A DNA stretch of 57,484 nt, counting the filler, from Sluysia triapertura (taxonomy: Eukaryota), in assembly GCA_046118255.1 (NCBI GenBank). It is 4 parts of 4 records of this genome, joined end to end, with 100 filler letters (N's around TTAATTAATTAA, not from the genome) between each part and the next. Parts side by side here need not be neighbours in the genome. Positions count along the whole stretch, not along the records: positions 1 to 12,864 come from JBJNIA010076828.1; positions 12,965 to 27,048 come from JBJNIA010006218.1; 2 more parts are not named here. One strand, given 5' to 3'. The notes beneath the pieces are model-generated. The model saw only the letters and a list, made by a program, of their open reading frames with translations. It made no database searches and was not told the DNA's origin. The translations under genes and the position numbers were made by a program. Shown one piece after another: positions 1 through 14,559 of the stretch. The first letter of the stretch is position 1, and every line of letters begins with the position of its first letter.

Positions 1-240
1 TTTTTAATCGATCCCATATAACGGGATTTACGAAAAATCATTGTTAGATATTTACATTTAATATTTAAATTAAATTATTCCAAAATCTTATTAAACCCAG
101 GCTTAAGGCACTAAGTAAGATTAGCATTTAATAGTTAACGATCCATTTTTGCATTAATACTTAAAGCAAATCAATTAAACTCCAGATTTAGGGCACTAGA
201 CAAGGTTAACACTTTAATAGTTAAATACCTACTTTCGCAT

Positions 241-294
241 TAAAATCCAACGGCTGGCCCTCGCTGGTAAGTCCAGTATGTTGGTGAACTCACG
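241..294 (-). repeat. Dispersed ~55-bp GC-richer repeat, copy 1 (inverted relative to copies at 2997 and 6009)
   Basis: Reverse complement cgtgagttcaccaacatactggacttaccagcgagggccagccgttggatttta aligns with 2997-3049 and 6009-6062. Confidence 0.8.
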
Positions 295-619
295 TTAAAT
301 ATAAACTCTTTATTCTATATCACTCTTTTTTCACTTTATTCTCACAGTAAATATGATGACCAAAATGGTTTTCTTAACACTAAAAATTTAGCATATTTTC
401 CCTTTTGCCTGTCTCAAAATGATGCAAATATTTACGTATCAAAAACATTGTTTTAAACGGTTTGAATTAATTTTCCATAATTTATTTCGATCATTGTAAA
501 TTTCAATAAATATTAGAAATGCTTAAAGCATTTAGCAATCCAGATAATTAGTTCGCGATTAAAATATTTAATAACACCTTAAGTATTTATTGTTAATACC
601 ATTTTATAATATTAAAATA

Positions 620-1170
620 AATTAATGCTTTGTTAAACTCTTCCAGACGCATAAAACTGTTAATGTTTTAATAATAATGACTAGTATTAATATTTCGGAC
701 TTATTATATAATGTTTGCGTTTACTAATTTTCCATTATCATTACAATTATTATTTATAGGTTAACATCTTTCAATAAATGGCACCTTCAATAAAATTTTT
801 AAATGCTTTTCTCGTATGTTGTATATAGCGTGACATATTTAGGTAATACATTTGTTGGTTTCACGTAGCATAATTAATGTTTGGATAATATATTCTGTTT
901 CTAGCATAATAATATCTTGATGGTTTTCGGTCAGTCCAAGAATCACAAGCATAAATTTCTGGGTAGGGTTGATATATCGTCAGCAAATGGAGCTTCTCTA
1001 TCATCACCTTGATTTGACCTTGTAAATCTTCGCTTAGATAAGGAAGCATGTATTGGTGGTTTTCCAGTTATTTCCGCATTGCAGGATCCTGAGCCTTAAT
1101 TATACATAATATCTTATTCCAGCTCACGAAATAAGACTCATTTTACAACCGATAAAAGCTTGACCATTCA
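620..1170 (-). mobile_element. Non-LTR retrotransposon reverse-transcriptase relic
   Basis: The minus strand gives PYLSEDL...KL, then a frameshift to FADDI (plus-strand gatatatcgtcagcaaa near 971-987), resembling RT motif 'LY.NDL...LFADD'. Many stops. Confidence 0.5.
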
Positions 1171-1238
1171 TTTAAATTAATCGATATATCTATTTAAATT
1201 TTATCAAATTTGCACTTGGAACTAGATACCCATACAAA

Positions 1239-1242
<4 letters not shown>

Positions 1243-1283
<41 letters not shown>
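1243..1283. repeat. (TA)n microsatellite
   Basis: Perfect dinucleotide run. Confidence 0.95.
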
Positions 1284-1287
<4 letters not shown>

Positions 1288-2996
1288 ACATACATACTCA
1301 ACAACTCTTAGAAAATATAAAATTAGTTAATCAAAAAACAGCAACAATGAAATAACAATAATTTTGGTAATAAAATTAAACAAGTATGATATATTTTGAT
1401 TGTAAGACTATGTGATTGTTAACATGTGTTTGTGTTTTGTGTATGCTGTGTGTTGATTTGATATTTTGTGTCAGATTTCGCTGAAGTTTGTTTAAGATTT
1501 TATTTATAAGATTGTCTTGATATTGGCCTACGATTAGTGTGTTTTGAATTTTAAATAATTAAATTTAACCAAGTATATGATTAAATATATTGTGATTTTT
1601 TTGATGTACTTGCGAAACTTATGATATTCTACTGATATGGTCAATTTATTTCTACAGTTGAAATTATTTAAATCATTGTAACAAAGAGGCAAATCTGTTC
1701 AGTAAGTTAGTTAATCTTTTCATTTGATATTGGTTCAGTAATAATACGTTTTGTATTTTCATGTGAAATTATTTGTTGTTTGTGATTCACTTCAAATTTA
1801 TTCAAATTACACTTTATTTTATTTCTACGGTATTTCCGTTTAATCTTTATCTTTTTTGATTTGCCATTTAAATTTGATTAGTCCTAATCTACATTTTTAA
1901 TATTCCCTTTTTGCTTTATTTATTGATATATTTTTCTTTTAAATTGAACTTATCGAGAATATTATATCTTTGGACTTTTACTTTATAAAATTTTAATTTT
2001 TTAAATTATAAAGTTTCATTTTTATTTTATAAATTATAAAATTATTTTCTCACAGTAAAAACGATCACGTATAGCAAAAAGTTTTACTAATTGATTGATA
2101 GTGCTTATTTTAGATAATTAAAAAGAGTTCTAAAATATTGAATAGTTGGTGTTATTAAAAAAACTATTATCAATTATGATTTGTTTATGAATGAATTATA
2201 AACCAATAAAAATATGATAAATATATTTGATGACTGTACTAAATAGATGAAATTTGATAAATGTTCTAATATTACAAATTTTCTGGAAAACAAAAAACTG
2301 TAAAATTGAAAACTGATAATAAAATGTATTAAAAATACATTTTTATCATACTAGATTCTGTAAAGCGAATATTTAATGTTATTTTTAATTTTCATTAAAC
2401 CATAGTTTCTTTAATTAAGAATTATAAATTAAAATTCGAACATCCAATTATAATGGCTTCCTTTTCATTTTATGTTATATTTACAAATATGCGCTCTCTG
2501 CCTTCTAAAGTTATCAGGAGAAGTAAGAAGCTTATAAGGGAAAAGCAAATTACATTAAAAATTATATTCAAAGGGGAATTACTATCCACACAAGTTAATA
2601 TCTTACTACTACATAAAATTCATGATCACAATTATTATTAAACTTATCAAATTCAAAAACTCAACAATTTCTACTGTAATTTTGTTAAAGTTAATGCTAA
2701 TAAGTAGTAGTACCTCTGTTCCAGATTAAATGAGCCGTTTGGGAAATGTTGGAAAAGAGAATTAAAAATAAACATTAATTTTACATCTACATTTCATATG
2801 TCACAAAAAATTCAAATAAAACTAAACTTTCATTGATATCTTTTATATAGTAATATGAATTATTTTGCAATTTATTTTCCTTAATTGAACAATTAATTAA
2901 ACGATAGTCACCGAACATAAAATAAATTTAACTTTTTATTAATTGAATTGCTAGAGTTTTTCTTAACTTAAGAGCAAGAATAAAAGAATTTTTATA

Positions 2997-3049
2997 GTGA
3001 GTTCACCAACGTACTAGACTTACTGATTAGGGCCAGCCGGTGGATTTTA
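2997..3049 (+). repeat. Dispersed ~55-bp repeat, copy 2
   Basis: gtgagttcaccaacgtactagacttactgattagggccagccggtggatttta. Confidence 0.8.
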
Positions 3050-4823
3050 GAAGTAATTAATTTTAAGAGGTCAAATATTGAATTTATAATTTAGATATGA
3101 TAATTAGAAAAATGCTTTATCCGGTTAATTTAATGGTCTGTATAATAAATTTTACGGAGAATCCATTAAAAGGATTCGCAAATGAAATATATTTTACGAT
3201 GTCGATAAAATTCGACAATATACAAAAAAACTTTTATTTTATTCTCTTTTTTAAAATTATTAAATCTTTATTGTAATTAATAACACGAACTTTCTGAAGG
3301 TATATTAAAAAAATTATATTACAATGATGATTCTTTTATAATAATAAATGATAAATAATTACGTAATTAACTAATAAAAGTTAATTTTAAAAAATTACAA
3401 TATTAGTATATTATTTTCGATAGAACTTTTAAATAGTTCTAAAATGAATTAAATTAGCATTTTGAGTTAAAAGTTACGAGTTTACCTAATAGCTACTTCC
3501 TTAATAAAAATAAACTAAAGAGTAACACGAAAAAGATAGAGTGATTGTCCAAAAAGAATCAGTTCCTTTGCTAATTGTTGCAGATTATTGCCAAACAGTG
3601 TTTTATTCATAAAACAGTTGTTAAAAATGTAGTTAAAAATGTTACTCTATTTTATACTAGTTTGGGAACTGACCTTGTCGACAATAACAAATTAAATAAT
3701 TTAAACAATGTAACTGTTTACTTTAAAATATTTAAATCAGAATAATTAAATAAATTACTTTAAAATCAAGTAATTACTTACATTAAACGAATAATCAAAA
3801 TTAAACAAATCTATAATAATTAAAGAAACAATCAATATCTATAAATAGTTTTAAATATATACCCATAAATATATGTAACAAAATATAACAAACAATATTA
3901 CCATATACAAACATCATGTAGTATTATACACAAACATACGTCTTTAACAGAATAAAAATTATAAAACAATTTAGTATTATAAGGGTACTTATTAATTTGA
4001 ATGTGAAAGTGAAGTAAATTCCAATTTATTAATATATTTAAAAAGTATAAAGTCGAACTATTTGGATAGTCACATAATTTAACATGACCATTTTATTCTA
4101 ACTTTTTATGCTATCTAACAGCAACAGTTATTATGCGCTTAAGATAAGCAGTATACTCTTAAATTTGTTTAAAATTTTTCCTTCCTTTAGGCGCGTTTTA
4201 TTACATCTTTAATTTTGTGGTTATAACTTACATGTGTTTAATTCACTACCCAATTATCTATAAATATGCATTTATTTATGTAATACTTATCGGTTTTAAC
4301 TTTTGCTTCATCTTTAGGTATGGTAAGTGAAATAAAATCAAATTTTAAAATTCCACGTAATTATAATATTAATTAAAATAATAACAAAGTTATTGTGTAA
4401 ACAATAATAAATAAATGATTAACTTTATACATTACTTATTATTTTTGTTACATTATATTCATTAACTAGAAAAAATGATTTTATAATTTCGATATCATGT
4501 AATAATAAATTGTAGATACAACGTAAATAAAAATATTAAAAATTGATTATCGTTCTAACAATGTATTAATCTGCCAATAGAACATATTATTCAACAAATA
4601 CGGTTCTCTTAAAAATAAATTGATATTTTATATAGTTTTATTCAGATTGTTGTTAAATACATCTGGATTTTATACATTAAAAGGTGCTTTTATGATCTTT
4701 AAAAAGGTTTGTTTAATTTAAATACTATATAAATGCCAAATATGTACTGAGTTTGCAATAAATTTTTAATGACAAATTTACTAAATCAAACACATTTTCA
4801 ATAATTTAATTAAAATAATACTA

Positions 4824-5125
4824 ATGATAATAATAATATATTAATTTATATTGAGCTCATATCTAATACAAAATAAGTACTCAAAAGGCATAAAATGAAT
4901 CATTTACAGAAATAAATTTGCCTTTACCTTCTCTGATAGTTGGTTGTATATTTTTTAAACATAAACGGTATTATCTAACTTATTTCATTGTTGATTCTGT
5001 ATAGATTCTTATATCTCAATGAAATATTAATATTGCTTTCCAAGTTTTTTATTAGTTCTAAGAAACACTCCAGACTTTCATAATGTCACTTATTGTCATG
5101 ATTTTGAATTCTACTCTTGATTAAA
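4824..5125 (-). mobile_element. L2/CR1-group LINE 3' end fragment
   Basis: Aligns with 34535-34750 and 49511-49720. Ends in the shared tail ...gagctcaatataaattaatatattattattatca (minus strand). Confidence 0.7.
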
Positions 5126-6008
5126 ATTTTTCAGAATTTATTAAGCCAATTATTTATGCCAACTAAAATAAACTTAATTTTAAAACTTTGTGATAAGAGA
5201 AATTTAATTTATTATAAAACATCTATAATTCAAATAAATAAAAAAAATTAAAATTTTCATTTATTAATAAAAATAAAAATTTTTGAATTAGTTGTTATAA
5301 TTTTAATTAATTGATAAAATTAATTAATTTAATTTTGGATTTAATTTAATTTAATAAATTTTTAAATTTATAAGAAAGAAGTCGTTAAATCACGAGTTCA
5401 GTTTTCTAAAATTATAAAAAATATTAATTTATGATCGTAAATTATTTCTTATATTATCTTCGTCTCCAAAAGATAAATAATGGAAACCAGCAACAATGCT
5501 CCTGTCAATTTTACAAAAAAATTAATTATTAAAATTCACCATGTTGAATGATGTTTGTATTTTTTATTTTTAAAAATATTTTTATTTCAAAAAAGCTAAA
5601 ATTTAATAAAAACATTCAATAATATTCATAAAACATAAATTTAAGAATTAAAAATTATGAAACAATGTGCTAAACTGACTCAGTAACATTAATTTTAGTA
5701 AAATTTTCTACTTAAAATTATTTTTATACATTTTATTTCTGCTAAACAAATTTTGGTATAATAATTTAATTTGATAACATTATTAAAAATAAAACATTAA
5801 AACTTATTAAAAGTTAACAAAGACATTAAACGTTAATACAAATCAAAGTATTAAAAAGCATTATTTCGAAATTTATTTATATTGAACAATATATTTTATT
5901 AATAATTAAATTAAGATTTATTTCAACGTTACACATATAAATAAGAAAGTAAATAAGAAAGTAATACGAAAGTAAATAAGATCCTTATAGAATAAAGTAA
6001 GATTTTTA

Positions 6009-6062
6009 CGTGAACCCACCAACGTACTAGTCTTACCATTTACAGCTAGCCGTTGGATTTTT
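6009..6062 (+). repeat. Dispersed ~55-bp repeat, copy 3
   Basis: cgtgaacccaccaacgtactagtcttaccatttacagctagccgttggattttt. Confidence 0.75.
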
Positions 6063-9000
6063 AGAGAAAAGATTTGTTAAGATGGGTATATCTTCCTAAA
6101 GTGTCTGCGAATTTATTAAGATACTCAGTGAGTCTATTCAAATATTTTTCTTTCTTAAATGCTTATCAGTCAAATTTAGTTGAGTTCTGGAGGTATTTTA
6201 ATAGAATTTATAAACGAATGTGGAGTTAAGGAAAATATATTACTAACTGAAAAACATTATTTAAATTTTATATTATTAAAATAGTTTTTACAGTATCAGA
6301 ATTAAATTCTGATAAGTGAAAACTTTGCTGTGGTAGAGATTTTATATTTACAACTATAGAAATTAATTATTAATAAAAAGGAACTCTCAAATAGTTTATA
6401 TTATATACTTAATATGTTTGAAAAGAAATATAAAAATTGATAAGTATATTACAGAGAATTAATTTTAGTTAATCCTTCAAATAATGATAATTTAATGATA
6501 ATGATATTTCGGGAAACTATTATAAGTTTCAATTTAATTACAAAAATTTTATTTTAAGTGATTTTATGGGGATACTTTTCGTATCCAAAACGTAACATAA
6601 TAAACTAACGTAATATTCTGTGTAAAGGGAAAAATCAGGCAAGCTTTGTGTTCAATTTTCCAAATGAATTTTGTAAGAATTTGTAATTTCTTCTTAATCT
6701 TTAAAGGTTATGTAACTCTTATATGCACTTCTTCCAAATGAAATATTTATAAAATTGGTTAATGTCGTACAAATTGTGTGAAAAATTGTAAGCATTATGC
6801 GTATTTATATACCTAATTTAACTGTCCTTGGCCAAATTAAAACAAAAATATTTCGATTAATAATTTTAAATTTGATTAATTTAAAAATATGAAAGTTTAC
6901 ATTTAATTAATAAAATTACTTACGTTAGTTTAATTTAGATCCAAAATTAATAAAAATCCAAAAATAATTCAGAATAATGTACAAGAAAATAAATTAATCA
7001 ATCAGAGATCAATTAAAATCAATCAATAATACACATATATTATACACACACGATCATGTTATGTTACACACATAATTTCAGCAAATTCAAATTTGCACTT
7101 TTTAATAATATTAACGTTTATTATTTTCATTATCAACTTTGTCATTTTTGCAATATTTCTTAAATAATAGTAAGCTAATTTATTATAAATAAAAATTTTG
7201 TTAATATTTTAAATTTCCCTTTTTTTGAAGAATTGTTTAAACTTTTTAATATTTTAATTAAATCAGAAATGAAAAAATAAAAATATTTTTTTGAACTCAT
7301 TTCAATTTTCGTCAAGGTCATTATATTATTAATGATATTTTACAAAATAAAACTTTTCCTCACAAATTGTTTGCATAATTCAAGAAAAGATGTGAATGAG
7401 ATTAAAGAATGAAAAATGACAGTATTACGAAGGATAACTGTTCAAAATAAAAATAGGTTAAGAAAATAAACAGTCTTATTTCCAATAACAAAAACCCAAA
7501 CTTATTAAAATTTTAAATAAAATAAATTAAAAGAAATTATGCCTTAACTTTCTGACATAAGTTATTTTATAACTAGTCTTATACCTTATCATTTTGATTT
7601 TCATTCATGCAAGTTCATCGCGAAAATATTCTGGACTCAAATAATTTTAAAAAACAAATGAAAAAACATATACAGATCCATCAAGAGTCAACATGTTAAA
7701 TAATGACAACTAATACTTTATTCCTATGCATCTTATATTAATAATTATTATATTCAATTATTCTTAATTTTAATATCTATGTGACATTTATGCTTATATA
7801 TTTCTTCCTTCATTTAGCAAATGTAATTTTTCAATAATTCTTTACTGAAATGTTTGAATAATGTTTAAATCATATTAATTAAATATATCAAAATTTTATT
7901 TCAAAAAGTATTGACGACATTATTAACATTAGAGTTAATTTTAATTCCGTTAAAAGTATTATTCTTTTGCAGTAATACTCAATGTTTATAGAACGTCGTC
8001 TTTAAAAATTGAAATGAAATTGTAACAGAATCTTTTGAAGAATTAGATAAATATATTTGATAAGAGATATCCACAAATTTATCCGATAACGATTAACAAA
8101 CAATGCTTATTTCTCATGGATTTTGAATAAGTACAATGATTAAATACAACGTAAAGTAAACTTTTACGACAATACATGGAATATTTGATAAATGTATAAA
8201 GGCTAAATGAACTTTTTGTTAAAATCATCTCATAACACAGCTTTATTAACAGTTCAACGATTTGTATATTGTGAAAAAATCTCTTGAACAAAAATTAAAT
8301 GCGTTCTGCTTTTTACAACAATAATACTTTTATTGCTTAGTTTAAATGATGACTTTTTTTATAATATAATTAAACAATAAATTTCAGCTTTAAGTTTCAA
8401 GTTAAAATTTTTTATTTGTTAATAAAAAAATATTTATATACAGTTTTTGCTAATATTCTTAATGGTTTATTTAAAGAATGTTTTTAATATTTTTAAAACT
8501 AAATTTAGTTACTTAAAAAGTGGAAAAAAATTTGATACGGTATAAAAAATGAATACCAATATGTTATTTATTGTCTATTTAAATTTATATTGCTTTAATT
8601 AATGCTAAATTGTTGATAAATCAATAAAATCATTAAGTATTTTATTACAAAATATAATAATTATTATATTGTTAAATAATTATTACATAATTATTATCAT
8701 TTTATTATACGAACAAAGTTTAATTAAAAATTTATTTTTTAAATATAATCATAATAAAAATTTGAAATAACTTAAAATGGATCTAATTTGATTCTTATTC
8801 AAATGATAAAATTATTCGGTTAAATTTCAGATATACATATCCATAAATTATCCATTGTTTAATTATACTAATCGATGTCTATTGTTTTAATGAGAATTTA
8901 TACGCAGAGAATGATGACAAAATCAATTTAAAAATAGAATAATTAAATATATGATTTAGTGAAACTAAGACTAAATTATAATTTTCAATGTTATTTTTCG

Positions 9001-9904
9001 TTTTATTTTATTTTAGTTATAAATGTATTTTGTTTAAAAATTAACTTTTGAAATATTTAAAAAATCTTCAGGAAAACTTTGAAAAGGGTTTTAAAATAAA
9101 TCAAAATATTTTAAAATATAAAATAAACAAATGAATTAGTAATAGAATTAAATTTTAAATATAATTTTGATAATTTAAAGGTATTTATCTAAATAATTTT
9201 AAGCTATATATTATGTTTCTGTTTATTTATTTATTTTATTTATTATTTATCATTAACTTTTCGAATCTGAAATATTGCCGATGGTAAATAAAGTAGAAAT
9301 ATTCGTTTATTTTATATAAAAATAATATAAGATTTTTAATATTATTAATTGCATAAATTCAAAAATGTTAATTTCAACTAAGTTTGATATCTTCATTAAT
9401 GTCTTTCTTGATTTTTTAAATGTTAATTTATTACATAGTTTTGGGTTCATAAGATTATCTAAAAGAAGTAAAAGAACAATTAAATCATGTAACAATAATC
9501 TGCGAATTAGCTTAAGCCACACAGAAAGGTAGGATCCAAATTTTTAACAATATGTATTGTACTTACCTCGACAGGACTGTCATTTTGGAATTTCAAATAT
9601 TCACGATTAAATATTATGTTATTTTATAACTTTAAAGAAATTATAGAAGATTTTAAAAATATTTAAGTTGCGGTTAAATGGTGCTACGTTGTACTTAAAG
9701 TATTTTTTAATTTTCATTTATGAATTCGAAGAAGTCGCTTTAAAAGCAGAATTAAACTGATCTTAATAAATCGTAGAATTTATAATTTGTAAAGAATATA
9801 AAGAACTTTGGCCACAAAATGAAAAATAAATAATTAAGTCACTAAGGATGATATTAGTAGAAAAATGTCAAAGCTGGTTGATAACTTATAGATATAAGGA
9901 ATTG

Positions 9905-10505
9905 TTTTATTCAACAAAGCATAAAACGATATTGTCCATACATTTTGCCATTTAAGCGGCAGGTTGTTCAGACCGGTAATTTAAAACTCTGGCAGACGGG
10001 AGTCAATGAATTCCTGGAAGGCTAGTTTTATAGAATTAAATTTTTTTTCCTATTAAAAAGAAAGTTGTCCACAGTTGGGGATAGGTGGACATTTTTTATG
10101 CATTGTGTAGTCTAACATTATCATGCAATAAGATTTATTGACTAACCTAGCTCTTTTTTCAAGTTTTTGAATCATTTCGTCTAGTATATTTCTGCTGTAA
10201 TCGATGAACCAGGTTTTATGAAATCATAGTGGATCTCACCTGCAGTAGGCAGACAAACGCTCATCATAAGCTTCTTTTAATGTTTAGTGTACATTGAAAT
10301 ATGTTTTGGTGATTCGTCCTTATTTGACCGTCATATTTATCAATTTTTAATCGTGAATGACATTTCGATTCAAAAATAGATAAGATTTGTGACAACAAAG
10401 CAATATCAGAAAAACTTCCAAAAGCCTTTGTTTATGTTTTTCAATCAGTTCATCCGGAATTCATAATTCCAACCGTTTCACTTTATCTATTTGAGCTAAA
10501 AGAGT
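9905..10505 (-). mobile_element. mariner (DD34D-type) transposase relic
   Basis: Minus strand, across frameshifts: KVKRLEL*IPDEL (WVPHEL motif), FLNRNVIHD*K (FL.RIVT.DEK), AGEIHYDFIKPGSSITAEIY, LLHDNVRLH (LLHDNARPH), AFQEFIDSR..F..GLNNLPLKWQKC. Confidence 0.85.
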
Positions 10506-11313
10506 TAGTATTGTTTGACTGCTTAAATCAAACTTAAACGATAATTTATAATTTAAACATTAATTTAAAAATTAATTTTTTTTTCAATGTTTTTAGAGCT
10601 TACTATGATTTCTTAAAACATGAATGATATGACTTTCCGAGAAAACAAAGAACGGTAAAATATTAAATGATAAGCTGCTAAAGTTGGCAATATTATCAAA
10701 TGCAAAAGACAATTATAATATATTTATAATTGAAATATATTAAAATTCTATTCTTCGAATATTTTTGGATCTGATGCTAAAGTAATTACAAAAATTTAAT
10801 TATTTGTATTACAGCGCTTTTGCATTTTTTATACTTCGAAAAAATTTTCTGAAACATAGAAAAACTTAAAATTTGATTCACTTTATGTTTTTGCATATTC
10901 TTCATATTTCATTGTCATAGAATAAAATCGCAAAACAGTGATAAATAAAATAAAATGGCTTTTCAAAGGAATTACGGAATTAGTAATTAAATGAAAACTT
11001 ATAAAAGTTTTGTTATATCATAATTAATGTTTATTGCCTTTTTTAATTCTAATATATAAAACCAATATTAAAACAATTACCAATATTAAAATTACCTTAA
11101 TTATAAAAATTATATTTAAAATATAATTTAAAGTTTGTTATTAAACGATAAACGATTTCATTTTTACGGTTTCATTTTTTTGAAAACATAACAAAAAATA
11201 AAAATGCCACAATAAAGAAATTAGAATTTAAAATACGACATTTATTAAATTTATACAAATTAATAAATTTACTAAAGTAAGATCTTTTATTCGGTTATTT
11301 TTTATAAGGATAA

Positions 11314-11361
<48 letters not shown>
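11314..11361. repeat. (ATT)n microsatellite
   Basis: Trinucleotide run; source of the poly-Asn in ORF 11302..11490. Confidence 0.95.
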
Positions 11362-11364
<3 letters not shown>

Positions 11365-11854
11365 ACTCTTATTGTTCATAAATTTATTTACATGTAAAAA
11401 TATTTCATTTTTATTACGGCTTTCATCTTGTAACAAGATTTTCCAAAGCTTTCTAATAGATGTTGGTGTATAAAATATTTCTGGCGACAATTCAGAAGAA
11501 CTTTCATCCTTACAATGTCAAGAATTTCTTTAAGTGATTGAACAACCAAAAAATAACTTAGATCCAAATTAAGTTTTGTGTTTCAGTCAGTGTTTCGTAT
11601 TTTTAGAGAATTTATTGAAACACTGTCAAGAAAATAATGCTTTTTTAACTGCAATATTGACCTATTACCTACAATAAATATATTTAATGAATGTATATGT
11701 AAAAAAGTGTGTTAGAGCTTTAGTTAGTCAGTGTCAATTACATTTTTGGATGGGCTTAATTATCTTAGCAATTATCTTAAAATATTAGTTATTGTATCAA
11801 TAAAATGTTGTTTTTAATAAATTTCATTTTTAATCTTATATTCCTAAATAAAAT

Positions 11855-12010
11855 ACATTATTTCCATCGCAGCTTCAATCTAAAAAGAATGTATTGTATG
11901 CAGCCACACGAATAGAAGAGAAAATAAGAAAATAATCAAATTTTCTGTGTAGTGAATGTATCGATGGATTGTGCTTGGACCCTTGCTTTAAAGAGTATTG
12001 TACACATTAA
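11855..12010 (+). mobile_element. piggyBac transposase C-terminal cysteine-rich domain relic
   Basis: KECIVCSHTNRRENKKIIK-(frameshift)-FLCSECIDGLCLDPCFKEYCTH*, fitting the piggyBac CRD pattern CxxC...CxxC.+GLC..PCF..YH. Confidence 0.75.
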
Positions 12011-12864
12011 CACTTTTCGTAACTTAAATTAAATATTTTATTGAAAAATTTTTCTTCTAAAAAGTCCCAAAAGAGCTAATCAAATATTAGGATGATTAAT
12101 TTGAATTTTATATTTTCTTAAATTATACCAAACAAAGTTTTAGTAAAATTGGAAAAGTTGAAAAATAATACATTATTAAATTAAATTAAATAGATTGATC
12201 AAATTAAATTAAATAGATTGACTAAAATTTGAAATTACTTTTTAATTATTATTAATAAATAATTATTAAATACAATTAAATTTATAATTAAAAACTAATT
12301 AAATATGATGAAAATAATATTTTAACGCAATTTCTTTTAGAAAATCTTATAAGAGTATGTAAATGAGTATCCTTGAGAAATTTTTGCAATGTAATTTTTA
12401 TACATTTTTGAAATATAAATACAAATTTCATGAAAAAATTGTTACTTCATATTTATGTATTATTTATCAAATAAATGTTGACATAAATAAGAAAAGAAAC
12501 ATGAATGATACATGTCGACGCAATAATGCGTATACAATGCAATAATATTTTAAATATAAACAAAAACAAAATGAGCTCTGATTGGTCGATCAGATTGTCA
12601 TATGTTAGTTTATTAATTAATTTATTAAATTAATTAATTAATTAATTAATTAATATATATATTTATAAAATAAATTTACTTATATTTAGATAAAAAATAT
12701 TTTCGTATACAAAATTTAAAATCATTTAATATATTTTACATAAATTTATATTTGTTAAAATATAAACTAATTTTTATTGTTTTTAAATTGTTTATGTCAA
12801 TTATTATTATAAATTTATTGTAATATACATTTACACTAATTTATCATGCACTCACAAAAATATA

Positions 12865-12964
12865 NNNNNNNNNNNNNNNNNNNNNNNNNNNNNNNNNNNN
12901 NNNNNNNNTTAATTAATTAANNNNNNNNNNNNNNNNNNNNNNNNNNNNNNNNNNNNNNNNNNNN
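12865..12964. other. Assembly gap with synthetic linker
   Basis: 44 N + TTAATTAATTAA + 44 N. Confidence 0.95.
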
Positions 12965-14191
12965 AGAAATAAGTTTTTACAAAATAATAATAAAAATATT
13001 TTAAAAATAAATTAAACTAACTGATTTGGAAGATGATATAAACGTCCTTTAAATAAAATATTATCTTTAATTTTCAGTAAAATATTATGATGTAAATAAT
13101 TAATTTTAAATTCTAAATAATTAAATTTTGACTATTTTCGGTTTAGACTTGAAACTTTATTTAAATTTATGTTAGACTTTAAAACATGTTGGACTTTAAA
13201 ACTTTTACAATTTTGTTTAAATACATTATTTTTATAGTACTTTTTTAAGTTTTATTTTAGTGCTTGTCATTATGTATTTCTTTTTGATGAAAACGCATAG
13301 TAATAAATCAAGAGCATAAATGTTGGTCATGCTACTTTAGTGATTTTATAATTTGACAGTGATAAATGCGAATATTATCCGACATTAAATAATTAATAAG
13401 AATGAAATTTATTTTAGGCAATAAAGTTAGAAATATTTTATAACCAAAATTTATATAGTGATTTTTATAAAATAAATGATGCAATATAAGAACCTGATAT
13501 ATTTAAAACTTTAAATATATTTAAAAAAATATCCTGCTATAAAACATAATAATTTGTCAGTCATTGAATGAAAAATATTGTTTCTTCGTTGGATGAAATT
13601 TCATTAGTTTCAGTGTTTTATTATTTAAAAATCATACTATGTTTAAAGACCAACTCCACATTTACACATCATAGTCACAAAAATATTTCATCACAAATCA
13701 ACATTTCATGCATAAATAGAATGCTAAACAAACCTAAGCACAGTTATAATGTATAATTATCATAAGTTATGTTTCTATCGCTATAATGATCACTCTTAAA
13801 ACAATAATAATTTTTAACATTATCATACTAAAATTCGTAATAATTCTGTTTTAATACTCTTATTTTATAATCGTTATCATTATAACTTTTATTGTCTCAA
13901 TTGTTTCCCTCTTTCATCCTCTCCTTTTTGTATATATCAGTTTCTTTACTGTATGTTTATGGTGTATTTATATTCAACATTTCAATTTCTTGAGTTATTT
14001 AATTTTTTCAGTTATCGTTATTTATTTTTCAGCGTGTTTTGATATCCGTTTTTCTGTATATTAAATGAATTTCTCTCTGTGTGTATTTAATGTTTAAATA
14101 ATTGTATAAGTAAAATTTCGAATTAAAAAAATTATCTAAGAAACTATCTCAAGAACTTATAGACTATAAAAAATTAATTCACATTCAACAA

Positions 14192-14396
14192 TTGGATGCA
14201 TGTCATCAATCTTCAAGTAGGTGTCAACCTGATTGGGTGTGTCTTTATGAAAGTAATAGTGGAGACAGGTGTAAATGGCGGGAAAATGACAAACAATATT
14301 ATTTTGATATTAATACCGAATAATGTAAAACATTTGTTTATAATGAATTTAAAGAAGAACCACAAAGTACTACTCATTTTGCAACTGGAATCTTGT
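14192..14396 (+). pseudogene. Degenerate Kunitz/BPTI-like domain(s)
   Basis: The frame from 14192 reads LDACHQSSSRCQPDWVCLYESNSGDRCKWRENDKQYYFDINTE*CKTFVYNEFKEEPQSTTHFAT, then a +1 shift gives ESC. This fits the Kunitz pattern C......G.C....YYFD..T..C..F.Y.G....N/H-F.T...C. There is an in-frame TAA at 14321. Confidence 0.6.
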
Positions 14397-14559
14397 GGTG
14401 TACCATTGTTAATTCCTTCTGAATTACCAAATAAAATGAAACACTTTAATGTTATTGAAGATATACTTAAAATTGGTTGTGTTATTAACGGTATGAGATC
14501 GATTAAAGATGATATAATATCAACGTCATTTCAACATTTTCTGTGAATATATTTTCTAG

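Noticed and set aside
2453-2641. 62-aa ORF with FTNMRSLPSK
   Set aside because: At most the first motif of a LINE endonuclease; no continuing domain, so not called as a gene.
9558-9610. acttacctcg: a U1 snRNA 5'-like motif, or a minus-strand splice donor after REYLKFQNDSPVE
   Set aside because: No U1 stem-loops or Sm site follow. The minus frame hits a stop within about 20 codons and has no compatible acceptor.
14196-14546. 116-aa ORF as an independent gene
   Set aside because: Its first half is an off-frame read of the Kunitz-like relic; only the part after about 14388 belongs to the pseudogene frame.
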